Source: Trueperaceae bacterium
GTDB lineage: Bacteria; Deinococcota; Deinococci; Deinococcales; Trueperaceae
Assembly: GCA_965214405.1 (NCBI GenBank)
Contig: OZ243956.1
Span: 1,408,001 to 1,472,000 of the forward strand
Direction of reading: 5' to 3'
Length of the DNA stretch: 64,000 nucleotides
Part shown: positions 1 through 11,203 of the stretch, piece after piece
Layout of the letters: each line of letters starts with the position of its first letter
Numbering within the stretch: position 1 is the stretch's first letter
Position numbers and translations under genes: made by a program
Notes under the pieces: generated by a model
The model's input: the letters and a program-made list of their open reading frames with translations, nothing else
The model's database searches: none
Told to the model about the DNA's origin: nothing

Positions 1-202
1 GGTAGTACGAGCGGTTGTACCGTTCCGGCGTGTGCGGCTCGGGATAGCCGGGGACCGTGACGTACTCCGTTTGAACCGCCTCCGGCGGCACGCGGTAGGC
101 AGGCGTCGGCAGGTCAAGAGCGGGTTTGAGCGTCGGGATGGGCATACAGCCCGCCAACGCAAACATCAGCCCTAAGCCCAGTAAGGCAGCGCGGCGCATC
201 AT
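1..202 (-). CDS. Putative lipoprotein, 5' part only (runs off the window edge)
   Basis: Manual translation of the minus strand from ATG at 202: MMRRAALLGLGLMFALAGCMPIPTLKPALDLPTP..., a basic N-terminus, hydrophobic stretch and LAGC lipobox. Open to position 1 and absent from the supplied ORF track. Confidence 0.7.
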   Translation of the reverse strand, partial: MMRRAALLGLGLMFALAGCMPIPTLKPALDLPTPAYRVPPEAVQTEYVTVPGYPEPHTPERYNRSYY

Positions 203-369
203 GACTCCATCATGCACGCCGCGCTGGGAGTGTTGCCAGGGGTTTATTTACAGTTCGGCTACAGCGCTGCGAAAAAGCGCACTTCCTGTCAAACTTTAGG
301 CTCCCCCAAACAGCACACGACCAAAAAGCAGACTTTTTCAAACCCCTTGACGCCCCCTTCGTTTAGGCT

Positions 370-403
370 GAGGTGGGAGAGAGTGAGAGGTGGGAGAGAG
401 TGA
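370..403. repeat. Perfect 17-bp tandem duplication (GAGGTGGGAGAGAGTGA x2)
   Basis: Read directly at 370-386 and 387-403. Confidence 0.9.
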
Positions 404-463
404 TATGAAAATTTTTGGTAGACGGACGCGCGTCACGGTTGCGCACGGGAGAGCGCACCGCAC

Positions 464-1609
464 GTGTTAAGGCGTTTTTTTTCCTCCTCGGAAACCCTTC
501 AGCCCGACCCGGTCGCGGCGGCGGCGCGGCTGCTCGAGCTGCCCAGCACCCGCGAGCGTTGCGCGCACGTCCTGGCGCACTTAGGGAGCCGCTTGGGCGC
601 GGGCGGCCCTAACGTAAGCAGCAGTGTGCGCGGTTACGTGGTGCTGGGGACCAACATCGACACCTACCGCTTCGAGGCGGCGCAGGGCTACGCGCCCGAC
701 CTGCTCACGCTGACGCCCGCGCACGGCCCCTGGCGCGACCCCGGACCGCGGTTTGTAAACAATCTCGTCGCGGAACTTTTTACGCCCAACACCAAAGAGA
801 TGCGCACCCTGCTGGGCGGCTTCGGCCTGCGCGACGCCAAGGCCACGCTGATTGTGCCCGTGACCGGCGACGAACGCCACGGGACGCTCATCCTCCACCG
901 GCACGGCCCCGAAGGATTTAGCGGGGCGGACCTTAAAGAGACCGCGGAGTGGGGCCGCTTACTGGGCGGGGTGGAGAGCCTTCACGGCGACCTCACCCGC
1001 ACGCGGCAGAGTTTAATAGAATTTACCAACGCCTTTGTTGAAGCGATGGAGGCCGAAGACTTTTCGCAGCTAGGCCACGCGAAGCGCGTGACCGCCTACG
1101 CGCTCTCGATCGGGCGCGCGCTCGACTTTAACCGTCAGAGCTTGGCCGACCTCTACTTCGCGGCCATTTTGCACGACGTGGGTAAGCTTGGCGCGGGAGT
1201 TTCTAAAAGCGGGATGAACGGTGAGGCGAATAGGAGCGCCCTCCCTGACGAAGACGAGGTGCATCCGCAGCGGGGCGCTAACCTGATCGCCTCCTCTCCC
1301 CTCCTCAGCCGCGCCGCCAGGGGCATCCGCGCGCATCACGAACGCTGGGACGGGGCCGGTTTTCCCCAGGAGTTGCAGGGCGAGGCCATCCCGCTTTTGG
1401 GCCGCATCGTCGCGGTGGCGGACGCGTTTGACCTGCTCTCGAGCGAACGGGGTCAGGCGCTGCCCCCCCGCGAGGTCGAGCGCGAACTCAGGAGCCGCGC
1501 GGGGAGGAGCTTAGACCCCAACCTGGTAGGACTTTTTATCAATATCTTACGCAAAGGCAAATCCACCGCCGAACTCGGCACTTTAGAACACAGCGACTTA
1601 CCGTTTTGA
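464..1609 (+). CDS. HD-GYP domain protein with N-terminal GAF-like region (putative cyclic-dinucleotide phosphodiesterase)
   Basis: Motifs GHAKRV, ILHDVGK, HHERWDGAGFP (GYP read as GFP) and RIVAVADAFD. The N-terminal LIVPV...GTLIL segment is GAF-like. Confidence 0.85.
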   Translation: MLRRFFSSSETLQPDPVAAAARLLELPSTRERCAHVLAHLGSRLGAGGPNVSSSVRGYVVLGTNIDTYRFEAAQGYAPDLLTLTPAHGPWRDPGPRFVNNLVAELFTPNTKEMRTLLGGFGLRDAKATLIVPVTGDERHGTLILHRHGPEGFSGADLKETAEWGRLLGGVESLHGDLTRTRQSLIEFTNAFVEAMEAEDFSQLGHAKRVTAYALSIGRALDFNRQSLADLYFAAILHDVGKLGAGVSKSGMNGEANRSALPDEDEVHPQRGANLIASSPLLSRAARGIRAHHERWDGAGFPQELQGEAIPLLGRIVAVADAFDLLSSERGQALPPREVERELRSRAGRSLDPNLVGLFINILRKGKSTAELGTLEHSDLPF

Positions 1610-1630
1610 GAGGGGGCTCGAGCCCGCAGA

Positions 1631-1662
1631 AACTCACCAGCAACTCACCAGCAACTCACCAG
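1631..1662. repeat. 11-bp tandem repeat (AACTCACCAGC x3) overlapping the SCO stop codon
   Basis: Copies start at 1631, 1642 and 1653; the third copy contains the minus-strand stop at 1656-1658. Confidence 0.9.
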
Positions 1663-2258
1663 TCCCGCGCCGCCAACATTTTGGGTAAATCGTCCGCCAA
1701 ATACAGCACCTTATCCTGACCGTAAACGAGCCGCATCCGGCCTTCGCGGTCGAGCACGATCACCGCGTCGGTGTGGGTAAAGTTCGTCTCGCCGACGCCG
1801 CCAAAGCCCACATACACGTTTTTCGCCGCCCGCGCGACGTCCGCCGCGCTGCCGCTCAGCCCGACGAAGCTGGGGTCAAAGGCCCCCGCGTAGGCTTGCG
1901 TCCGCTCCGGCGTGTCGCGCTCGGGGTCAACAGTCACCATCACCACCTGCACGCCCTCGGGCTCACCCAGATCCTCGTATATTTTTGCTAAGCGGCCCAG
2001 GGTTAATGGGCACACGTCGGGGCAGCTTGTAAAGCCGAAATAGAGCAGCACGACGTTTCCGCGCCAGGCGTCGGGCAGCGTCACGCGCGCGCCGTCCGCC
2101 GCGGTGAGCTCTGTTCCTGCGACGGTTACGGGTTCGTCGAGCGGCGTGCCGTAAAAATCTTTCGCCTCGGCCTGGTTGATGCCGTAGAGGGAAAAGATCA
2201 CAAGCAGGAGCGCGACCACGCCGACGCTCAGGAGGGGCAGGAGGTTGGGGCGTCTCAC
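1656..2258 (-). CDS. SCO1/SenC family copper chaperone
   Basis: FGFTSCPDVCP (CxxxC), VTVDPERDT and a conserved His (FTHTD), with an N-terminal TM anchor. Start moved to GTG at 2258, which has TATACT 7 nt upstream. Confidence 0.9.
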   Translation of the reverse strand: MRRPNLLPLLSVGVVALLLVIFSLYGINQAEAKDFYGTPLDEPVTVAGTELTAADGARVTLPDAWRGNVVLLYFGFTSCPDVCPLTLGRLAKIYEDLGEPEGVQVVMVTVDPERDTPERTQAYAGAFDPSFVGLSGSAADVARAAKNVYVGFGGVGETNFTHTDAVIVLDREGRMRLVYGQDKVLYLADDLPKMLAARDW

Positions 2259-2395
2259 ACCTTGAAGTATAGCGGCGTGAGGTCGGGTGCGACGTCGGGC
2301 AAATGTCCCTGACATCGGCCAAACCGCCTTGCACGGCCAAGGCGTTCGAGGCCTCGAGCGCAACGTGACCGTTTTCACCCTGATGAACCTGCAAT

Positions 2396-2740
2396 GAACT
2401 GTTCATCGCTGAAAAGCCCTGGGAGGAGGCGCAGCACGAGCTTACCAAGCGTTACCGCGCCATTGCCGAGCGTACGGGAGCACCTCTCGAGAGCGCCGCC
2501 CAGCAGTATAAACTCGCCCGCCGTCTCGCCGAGGCAAACGTGCAAGTGACGGAAGGGCTCTTCTACGCTGCGTTCGCACGAGATGCCAAACAGAGGATTC
2601 CGCGTGACCCCGACGACTGGCCCACGGTAGCCCTGGCGTTGGCTCTGGATGCAGATATCTGGACGCAGGACAAGGATTGTTTGGGTTGTGGCGTGGCGAC
2701 TTGGACGACGGACACGCTGCTGGCGCAACTTGGGCAGTAG
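2396..2740 (+). pseudogene. N-terminally truncated PIN-domain protein
   Basis: Frame reads ELFIAEKPWEEAQHEL...RIPRDPDDWPTVALALALDADIWTQDKD, the PIN C-terminal acidic motifs DxDD and WTxDxD. In-frame stops lie just upstream and the first PIN Asp motif is missing. Confidence 0.65.
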
Positions 2741-3067
2741 AGCAGACACTTGAATCTGAAATAAAAATCGAGAAGAACGTTTTGACCCTTTGGACAAACA
2801 AGCTCTCACAGATGATCAAGCACGCCAAAGCCATCATAAAGAAAGGCAGCGTGGTTTTAGGCGTTCTCGTAAGGACCCCCTAGAGCACGTCCGGGAAGCC
2901 GAAAAGGAGTCCTAAGCAGGGTGACCACGCTGCCATATTGTTTGTACACACCCTCTTGAAAAATGGATGTGGGGGGAGGCAATGGGCCGGTGGTAAGTGA
3001 TGAGCCGTTAGCGGCTAGTCGCATTCGCGGCTGTTGACTATCCACTCGGCGCCCGGTACTTTCCGAG

Positions 3068-5158
3068 CTAGTCCGCGGCGTTGCCCAGCCTTTGGGAGAT
3101 ACGCTCCAACCCCTCCGCCACAATCTGCGCCACATCCCTCACCTCGGGCGCGCCCTCATCCTCCGCGCTTTCCGAACTCCGCAGCATCACCTTGCAAAAG
3201 GGGCAACCTGTGGCGACCGTGGGCGCGCCCGTCGCCTCGGCCTCGCGGAAGCGGTTGTTGGAAACGCGCTCCCGTCCCTCCTCCTCTTCTTTCCAGAACT
3301 GCGCGCCGCCCGCGCCGCAGCAGAACGAGTTGTTGCGGTTGCGGGGCATTTCGTTAATGGAGAGCCCGCCGCGCTGTAAAACGTTGCGCGGCGCGTCGTA
3401 TTCGCCGTTGTTGCGGCCCAAATAGCAGGGGTCGTGAAACGTCACCTCACCGGAGAGGTTGAGGGGCGGGAGGCGGCCCGCCTGCATGAGTTCGTCGATG
3501 AGCTGGGTGTGGTGGACCACGTCGTAGTCACCGCCCAACTGCGGGTAGTCGTTGAGGAGCGCGTTAAAGCAGTGGGAGCAGGTGGCGACGATGCGCTTGG
3601 GTTTGCTCGAGTCGAGCTTCTCGTCCACCAAGACCTCGTTAAGCGTCATCACGTTTTCGGTGGCGAGCTGGTAGTAGAGGTATTCGTTGCCCGCGCGCCG
3701 CGCGGGGTCGCCCGTGCATTTTTCGCCCTTGCCCAGAATCGCGTAGTTGACGCCCGCGTGCTCCAAAATCTTTGCAAAAGAGCGCGCCGTGCTCTGCGCC
3801 TGCGGGTCGTAAGAGCCCGCGCAGCCCACCCAGTAGAGCACTTCAAAGTCGGGGTTGTTTTCTACCGTGGGGATGTCCAGCCCCTCCGCCCACTCCGCAC
3901 GTTTGTCCTGCGCGATGCCCCAGGGGTTGCCGGTGCGCTCCATGCCGCGAAAGGCGGTGGCAAGTTCCGCGGGGAAGTCGCCCTCCATCATCACCCGGTC
4001 GCGGCGGATGTCGATAACGTCCAACATCGGCTCGCAGCCCACCGGGCAGATTTCCATGCAGGCGCCGCAGGCGGTGCAGGCCCAGAGGGCTTCTTCGGAC
4101 AAGACGAAGTCCATGACCGGGCGCGGGCTGCTCTCGCCCTGGGCTAAAAGGGGCGCGACGCTATTTAGCTCGTAGCGCTTGTTGATTTCGATGGCGGCGG
4201 GCGAGAGCGCCTTGCCCGTGGCGTTGGCGGGGCAGACGTTGGTGCAGCGGTTGCACTGGATGCAGGCGTAGGGGTCTAGGAGTTGGGTCATGCGGTAGTC
4301 TTCTAACTTCGCCACCCCGAACTGTTCTAAGGATTCATCTTCAAAGTCGATGGGTTCAAGCGCTCCGCGCGGCACTTTGGAGAGGTCTTGGTGACGGCGC
4401 TCGAGCGCGAACTTGGCGGGCGCGCCAAAAAGGTGCAGGTGCTTCGAGCGCGGGAAGTAGGGCAAAAAGGCCAGAATCAGCCCCAGCGCCCCCCACCAGC
4501 CCACGTGCCAGCCGATGATGCGGTTCTCGCCGTAGCCGAACGCGCCCGCCAAGGTACTCGCAAAAGGCTGCCAGGGGTCGCGGAACCCCTCGGACGCCAA
4601 TAAGAAACTCTCACCCATCAAGCGAAAGCCGACGTGCAGCAAGATAAACACGCCCACAATCAGCGAATCGCGCTTGATGCTCCCCATCCTGACTTTCTCG
4701 TGCAACATGGTTTTGTCGTTCTGCTCCAGACGGGGATCTTTTGTTCCGAAACGCCGCACCAGAAAGTACGCCACCCCCACCAAGATAAGCACCGTCAGCA
4801 GGTCCGCGAGGAGGCGGTAGGGCGCGGCGAGGAAGGGGACGGTAAAAACGCCCAGCCACGTCTCGGGCAGGAGCCCGCGGAGGCCGTCGAAAACGTTGAC
4901 AAGCAGGTAGAAAATAAAGCCATAGAAGATAAACGAGTGCAGGAAACTGACCAGAGGCCGCGCGCGAAAGACGGTCACCTGGCTCACCGTGCGGGCGATG
5001 GACTCGCCCAGGCGCTCGGTCAGGCCGCTGAAATGGTCGTAGTAGCCCCGGTCGCCGCGGCCAATCACGTCTATGACGCGTTTGAAACCAGTGAAGGCGA
5101 AGTAGGCGGACGTCGCCGCGAGGGCGAGGAAGAGAATTTTTTCGGGCAGGGTGAGCAT
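3068..5158 (-). CDS. Membrane-bound Fe-S oxidoreductase (FadF/HdrD-like: TM domain, 2x4Fe-4S, two CCG domains)
   Basis: CIQCNRCTNVCP and CTACGACMEICP clusters, plus WVGC, TFHDPCYLGR, FCCGAGG and TGCPFC motifs. Start set to ATG 5158 behind GGAGG. Confidence 0.9.
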   Translation of the reverse strand: MLTLPEKILFLALAATSAYFAFTGFKRVIDVIGRGDRGYYDHFSGLTERLGESIARTVSQVTVFRARPLVSFLHSFIFYGFIFYLLVNVFDGLRGLLPETWLGVFTVPFLAAPYRLLADLLTVLILVGVAYFLVRRFGTKDPRLEQNDKTMLHEKVRMGSIKRDSLIVGVFILLHVGFRLMGESFLLASEGFRDPWQPFASTLAGAFGYGENRIIGWHVGWWGALGLILAFLPYFPRSKHLHLFGAPAKFALERRHQDLSKVPRGALEPIDFEDESLEQFGVAKLEDYRMTQLLDPYACIQCNRCTNVCPANATGKALSPAAIEINKRYELNSVAPLLAQGESSPRPVMDFVLSEEALWACTACGACMEICPVGCEPMLDVIDIRRDRVMMEGDFPAELATAFRGMERTGNPWGIAQDKRAEWAEGLDIPTVENNPDFEVLYWVGCAGSYDPQAQSTARSFAKILEHAGVNYAILGKGEKCTGDPARRAGNEYLYYQLATENVMTLNEVLVDEKLDSSKPKRIVATCSHCFNALLNDYPQLGGDYDVVHHTQLIDELMQAGRLPPLNLSGEVTFHDPCYLGRNNGEYDAPRNVLQRGGLSINEMPRNRNNSFCCGAGGAQFWKEEEEGRERVSNNRFREAEATGAPTVATGCPFCKVMLRSSESAEDEGAPEVRDVAQIVAEGLERISQRLGNAAD

Positions 5159-5456
5159 GGGGCCTCCGCGGGCGTTGAGCGTGAGCTTGAAAGTGAGGTG
5201 TCTACTCCACCATTTTACATGTCTGGAGGGTCGCAAAGGTAAAAGCAGCCGCCATAGACCCGCCTCTCGGTTTTGTTGGGCGATGCGTCACGCCCGCGCA
5301 GAAACCAGGGCGGCGCTTGTACGGGGACGCGGCTCGAGCTTGCCTGCAAGTTCGTCACCCAGCCCATAGTGACGCCCTGACCTTTTGGCTTTAGAATGAA
5401 GATGTTGTAGGGTGTGACGTGAACGTTTGACGTAGCTTCGTTCATATGTCCAGTAG

Positions 5457-6518
<1,062 letters not shown>

Positions 6519-6534
6519 AGGTAAAGAAGACTCG

Positions 6535-6570
6535 AGCCGCCGCGCTTCTCTGAGTGCGGCGGTTTTCTTT
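6535..6570 (+). terminator. Intrinsic terminator-like hairpin between gap and pgk
   Basis: AGCCGCCGCGCT-TCTCTG-AGTGCGGCGGTT, a 12-bp stem with G-U pairs, followed by TTCTTT. Confidence 0.65.
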
Positions 6571-6591
6571 AGGGGGAGTTCAGTGACAAAT

Positions 6592-7779
6592 ATGGTTGCG
6601 GACCTTAGAACGCTGCGAAACCTCAGGGTAGAGGGTAAGCGCGTCCTCATGCGCGTGGACTTCAACGTGCCGCTCAAAGACGGCGTCATCACCGACGACA
6701 GCCGCGTCCGCGCGGCGCTGCCGACAATTCAAAAACTTCTTGACGAGGGCGCGACGCTCATTTTGATGAGCCACTTAGGAAGGCCCAAGGGGGCGGAGGA
6801 CAAGTATCGGCTCGAGCCCGTCGCCAGACGTTTGTCCGAACTCCTAAGCCGCGAGGTCCGTTACTTCAAGGCGCAGGGTCCGGCCACCTCGAGGTCGGCC
6901 ACCTTCGTTCAGGAAGCGCCCGAGGGCAGCGTGACGCTCCTAGAAAATCTCCGCTTCGACTCGCGCGAGACCAAAAACGACCCCGGCCTCTCCCGCGAAC
7001 TCGCCGCCTACGCCGACGTGTTCGTCAACGACGCCTTTGGGGCCGCGCACCGCGCCCACGCCTCGACCGAGGGCGTCGCGCACCTCCTGCCGAGCGCGGC
7101 GGGGCTCCTCATGGCGCGCGAGGTCGAGGTGCTGTCGAAGCTCCTCAAAAACCCCGAAGCACCCTTTACGGTGGTCCTGGGCGGCGCTAAAGTCTCGGAC
7201 AAAATCGGCGTCATCGAGAACTTGCTGGGGCTGGCCGACGACATTCTTATCGGCGGGGCGATGGCCTACACGTTTTTCAAGGCCCAGGGCGGCGAGGTCG
7301 GGGCGTCGCTGGTCGAGGAGGACGCGCTGCAGACGGCGCGGGATGTGCTGGCGCGCGCTAAAGAACAGGGCGTCACCCTTCGCTTGCCCGAGGATTCGCT
7401 GTGCGCGCTCGAGATTGAGGAGAACACCGAGACGAAAATCTTCCCTTCAAACGCAATTCCTAACGGATATAAAGGTTTAGACATCGGCCCCGAGGCGGTA
7501 AGCAGCTACCAAAAAGCTTTAGGAAGCGCCAAAACCATCTTCTGGAACGGGCCGATGGGCGTGTTCGAGGTCCCGCCCTTTGACTCCGGCACGCGCGCGC
7601 TGGCCCAGACCATCGCCTCGCTGGACGCTTACACCGTCGTGGGCGGCGGCGACTCGGTGGCGGCGCTTAACGCCACGGGGCTGGGGGGCAAAATCGACCA
7701 CATCTCGACCGGGGGCGGCGCTTCTTTGGAATTTTTAGAAGGCGGCACGCTGCCGGGCGTCGCTGCGCTGCGCAAGTAG
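6592..7779 (+). CDS. pgk: Phosphoglycerate kinase
   Basis: [47 protein letters not shown] and [11 protein letters not shown] motifs. Start is ATG 6592 or GTG 6583. Confidence 0.97.
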   Translation: MVADLRTLRNLRVEGKRVLMRVDFNVPLKDGVITDDSRVRAALPTIQKLLDEGATLILMSHLGRPKGAEDKYRLEPVARRLSELLSREVRYFKAQGPATSRSATFVQEAPEGSVTLLENLRFDSRETKNDPGLSRELAAYADVFVNDAFGAAHRAHASTEGVAHLLPSAAGLLMAREVEVLSKLLKNPEAPFTVVLGGAKVSDKIGVIENLLGLADDILIGGAMAYTFFKAQGGEVGASLVEEDALQTARDVLARAKEQGVTLRLPEDSLCALEIEENTETKIFPSNAIPNGYKGLDIGPEAVSSYQKALGSAKTIFWNGPMGVFEVPPFDSGTRALAQTIASLDAYTVVGGGDSVAALNATGLGGKIDHISTGGGASLEFLEGGTLPGVAALRK

Positions 7780-7941
7780 AGAGCAAGCTGCGAAGTTACC
7801 GGCGGATTTGTTGCGGAGACGATAGTTCTCTCTTTTCATGCGCTTTATGGTGAGAATCTAAAAGAAGGTAGCACACGACAGAACGTCACAGAAACAGCGT
7901 CACAGAAACGAACGTAAAACTATAAAGAACAGGAGCATTCT

Positions 7942-8394
7942 ATGGCAGATAACGCGAATCAAGACGCGGTCAAACACCTCAACACCCTTGTCAGCACGAA
8001 CAAAGACAGCCAAAAGGGTTATCAGGAGGCCGCCGAAGAGGCCGAGAGCAGTGAGTACAAAAGTCTTTTTAACGAGTACGCGGGACAGCGGGGGCGTTTT
8101 GCGTCTGAGCTTCAGAATGAGGTGCGCAGCCTTGGCGGCGACCCGGCGGAAGGCGGCAGCGCGGCGGCGGCGGCTCACCGTGTTTGGCTGGACGTGCGCA
8201 ACGCCGTTACGGGCAAGGGCGATCACGACATCATTGCCGAATGCGAGCGGGGCGAGGACGTGGCGGTTGAACGGTACAAAAACGTGCTTGACGAAACTCT
8301 TCCCGTTAACGCGCAAGAGATCGTGAGGCGTCAGTACGCCGACGTTCAGGCGGCGCATGACCGGATAAGAAATCTCAAAGAGGCCACAGCTTAA
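7942..8394 (+). CDS. PA2169 family (DUF2383) ferritin-like four-helix bundle protein
   Basis: LNTL...DSQKGY, AAHRVWLDVR and ECERGEDVAVERY motifs; AGGAG RBS. Confidence 0.85.
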   Translation: MADNANQDAVKHLNTLVSTNKDSQKGYQEAAEEAESSEYKSLFNEYAGQRGRFASELQNEVRSLGGDPAEGGSAAAAAHRVWLDVRNAVTGKGDHDIIAECERGEDVAVERYKNVLDETLPVNAQEIVRRQYADVQAAHDRIRNLKEATA

Positions 8395-8436
8395 CGCGCG
8401 TAAAAGCTAAGGTCGAAAAGCTTTTTAGGAGGAACC

Positions 8437-8829
8437 GTGAAGACCGTGATTGGTATTTTTGACGAGGGTAGTGACTTGTCCGGCGTGCTTAACAAGCTCG
8501 AGGATGCGAACATCAAGGTAGAACGCGTGGTGGAAAACGAGGGCGACATGGGCAACGCGGCGGGGCGCGACCCGTCCACCCCTCGAGGGGCTGGCATGGG
8601 GATGCCGGGCGCCGCAGTTGCCGGACAGGGGGGCGCCGTCGCGCCCGCGGGTTTGCTGGGCTTATTTGACAATCTAGACGTGCCCGACGACGAACAGGAG
8701 TACCTGAACAATAGCGTGGCGCACGGCGGCAAGCTCATCATCCTCAAGGCGGACGCGGACGAGGTGGGGAGAGTGGTGGATATCCTCGAGGCCAACGGCG
8801 CGAGCCGCGTCCACGATCCGCGGGCGTGA
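8437..8829 (+). CDS. General-stress-protein-like small protein
   Basis: KTVIGIFD start, Gly/Ala-rich middle, 'LDVPDDEQEY...GGKLIIL...V.DILEANGA' pattern; AGGAGG RBS. Confidence 0.6.
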   Translation: MKTVIGIFDEGSDLSGVLNKLEDANIKVERVVENEGDMGNAAGRDPSTPRGAGMGMPGAAVAGQGGAVAPAGLLGLFDNLDVPDDEQEYLNNSVAHGGKLIILKADADEVGRVVDILEANGASRVHDPRA

Positions 8830-8838
8830 CGCCGAGGC

Positions 8839-9933
8839 TTGAATGCGCAGGCATCGATGAGTGACGATACTTCAGCAGACCCAGCCGCCTCCGCGGAGGC
8901 GGCTGGGCTGCGCTATATAACCGACGACGAACCCGGCTACCGCCGCAAAAAGTGGGGCCAGGGGTTTACCTTTGAGACCCCCGACGGCGGGCGCTTAGGC
9001 AAAAAAGGCAAAGACAGGGAGGTGCGCGCGCGCATCGACGCTCTCGCCATTCCTCCCGCGTATACCGACGTGTGGATATGCGCGTCGCCCGACGGCCATA
9101 TCCAGGCGACCGGGCGCGACGACCGGGGGCGCAAACAGTACATCTACCACCCGAAGTGGCGCGAGGCGCGCGAGCGGGCCAAGTACGACCGGATGATTTC
9201 TTTCGGCGAGACCCTGCCCAAAATAAGAAAACGCGTGGAGCAGGACATGGCGCAGCCGGGCTTGTCCAGAGACAAGGTGCTGGCCGCGGTGGTCGAACTC
9301 TTAGAAACGACGCTCATTCGCGTCGGCAACGCCGAATACGCCGAGGAGAACGCCTCATACGGCCTCACCACCATTCGCAAAAAGCACGCGGAGGTGTCAG
9401 GGCAGACTGTCACCTTTGACTTTGTGGGCAAAAGCCACAAGGAGTGGCACGTCGAACTCAAGAATAAAAGGCTCGCCAAGATCATTAAAGAATGCCTGGA
9501 AACGCCCGGCTACGAGCTTTTCAAGTACATCGACGAGGCGGGCGAGCGGCACGACGTGGGCGCGGACGACGTCAACGACTACCTCAAGCGCATTACCGAA
9601 AAAGACTTTACCGCCAAGGACTTTCGCACCTGGGCGGGCACGGTCTTGACCGCGGTGGCGCTTCAGGAAATGGAAGGGGCGGGCTCCGAAACGCAGGCCA
9701 AAAAAAACGTCGTCTCGGCCATCAAGCGCGTGGCGAAACGCCTGGGCAACACGCCCGCCGTCTGCCGTCAGTCCTACGTTCACCCCGACGTGATTGACGC
9801 CTACATGGAAGGTTCGCTGGCGGAGGTGCTCAAAGGCGATATGGCTGGGGCGCTCGAGAACGCCTCGGGCCTAAACCCCGAAGAGGCGTCGGTGTGGGCG
9901 TTTTTGCAAGAGAGGCTCGAGAAGACCAGGTAA
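8839..9933 (+). CDS. Bacterial DNA topoisomerase IB
   Basis: IPPAYTDVWIC, QATGRDDRGRKQY, LIRVGN, FVGK, KDFRTW and LGNTPAVCRQSY (catalytic R, K, R, N, Y). Start may instead be ATG 8857. Confidence 0.93.
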   Translation: MNAQASMSDDTSADPAASAEAAGLRYITDDEPGYRRKKWGQGFTFETPDGGRLGKKGKDREVRARIDALAIPPAYTDVWICASPDGHIQATGRDDRGRKQYIYHPKWREARERAKYDRMISFGETLPKIRKRVEQDMAQPGLSRDKVLAAVVELLETTLIRVGNAEYAEENASYGLTTIRKKHAEVSGQTVTFDFVGKSHKEWHVELKNKRLAKIIKECLETPGYELFKYIDEAGERHDVGADDVNDYLKRITEKDFTAKDFRTWAGTVLTAVALQEMEGAGSETQAKKNVVSAIKRVAKRLGNTPAVCRQSYVHPDVIDAYMEGSLAEVLKGDMAGALENASGLNPEEASVWAFLQERLEKTR

Positions 9934-9937
9934 GAGG

Positions 9938-11131
9938 TTAGGGGGGTGGGGAGATAGGAAGCGTCCCGGACTCGCTTAATCCTTCACGGCGTAAAATGTC
10001 GACAACGATGGCGTGGGTCCCGCCGGGTTCGCCCATGCGTTCGCGGCCTGCTCGAGCCGCCCTCTCATAGCGTCCCCGGTCGTGCCAGATTTCTTTGAGA
10101 GTCGCTGCCAAGGCGTCCGGTTCGCTCAAAGTCAAAGCATTGGAAAGAAGACGTTTCTGGTTCTTCAAAAAACCTCTTGTATAAAGAGGCGGCACCGGGA
10201 AGGTGACCACGGGCAGACCGAGCGCCGCCGCCTGTTCGTTGGCCGTACCCGCCGTGCCGAGAACCAAGTCGGCGGCGTGAAGCACGTCGGTAAAACGGTT
10301 TTTTAGCACGTAAACGCGTTGCGCCTCACGCATGTAAACGCCCACTAGTTCCGCGTTCTCGTTAGAAAACTCGAGCCCCCACCCCTCCACCCTTGGCAGC
10401 GCCCCCCGCGCCCAGGCAACCAAACCCGTCGCTTCGGGCCAGTCGGAGAGCGCCGCCAACATGCTCCTTAACGATTCTTCCGCGTAAGCGCGTGTACCCG
10501 GCAGGAGCGCCACAACGGGCGCGGCGAGGGGAATATCGAGTGGGTTTTTCGGCTCGAGCATGTCCAACATGGGATTGCCCAAAGCGCTCACGTCTTTTAG
10601 TCCAGTCTTTTTGAGATATAACGCCGTCGGTTTGTCCCGAACGTAGGTATGGGCGACGGTGCGGCGAATGAGCGTGCGCTCGAGCCCCGTAAACGTTTCC
10701 ATGAACCGCCGGTTGAGCTTGTGGTTGAGTTTGTGACCATCCCGGTGATAAACCGACACGAGCGGCTGAACGTAGTAGCGCGCGCGGGCGCACACCAAGG
10801 TCGAAAGTAGAAGCGCGTAAACGTCGCCGACGACGATGAGGAGGTCCGTCTCGAGACGCCGCAACGCCCCCACCTGCCGCGCGGTCATCCCGGCAAAGCC
10901 CGCGCGCGCGTCTCCCCAAAAGAGCGCGGGATGGTGAAATAAAAGCCCGCTGCTTGGCATCACTTGGCGAGGTCCGAGGATGGGCACGTCTAAAGACTCG
11001 TAAGCACGACCCGCGTCTACTGTTGGAAAGGCGGCAAAAGAGGCTTCTGGTACACGTTCACGCATTTCATACAACAAGAGCGCGCCGATAGCGTCCTCGC
11101 CGTAGCCGTTGGATAAAAAAGTCACGCGCAC
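9938..11131 (-). CDS. Lipid-A-disaccharide synthase-related GT-B fold protein
   Basis: LSNGYGED, LGNPMLD, LLPGTR and AGTANEQAAALG motifs; TATGAT 8 nt upstream of the GTG. Confidence 0.75.
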   Translation of the reverse strand: MRVTFLSNGYGEDAIGALLLYEMRERVPEASFAAFPTVDAGRAYESLDVPILGPRQVMPSSGLLFHHPALFWGDARAGFAGMTARQVGALRRLETDLLIVVGDVYALLLSTLVCARARYYVQPLVSVYHRDGHKLNHKLNRRFMETFTGLERTLIRRTVAHTYVRDKPTALYLKKTGLKDVSALGNPMLDMLEPKNPLDIPLAAPVVALLPGTRAYAEESLRSMLAALSDWPEATGLVAWARGALPRVEGWGLEFSNENAELVGVYMREAQRVYVLKNRFTDVLHAADLVLGTAGTANEQAAALGLPVVTFPVPPLYTRGFLKNQKRLLSNALTLSEPDALAATLKEIWHDRGRYERAARAGRERMGEPGGTHAIVVDILRREGLSESGTLPISPPP

Positions 11132-11203
11132 GCCTCAGCATCATACGTTGCGTATACGAACTGAGCACCGCTCTGGTTCTGTCACTACCTTGTCGTCAAC
11201 TTT

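Noticed and set aside
370..403. GTGGG repeats as MraZ boxes
   Set aside because: No dcw genes nearby; a simple 17-bp duplication explains the pattern.
1631..1662. Short repeats as a possible CRISPR array
   Set aside because: 11-bp adjacent units without spacers, and no cas genes in the window.
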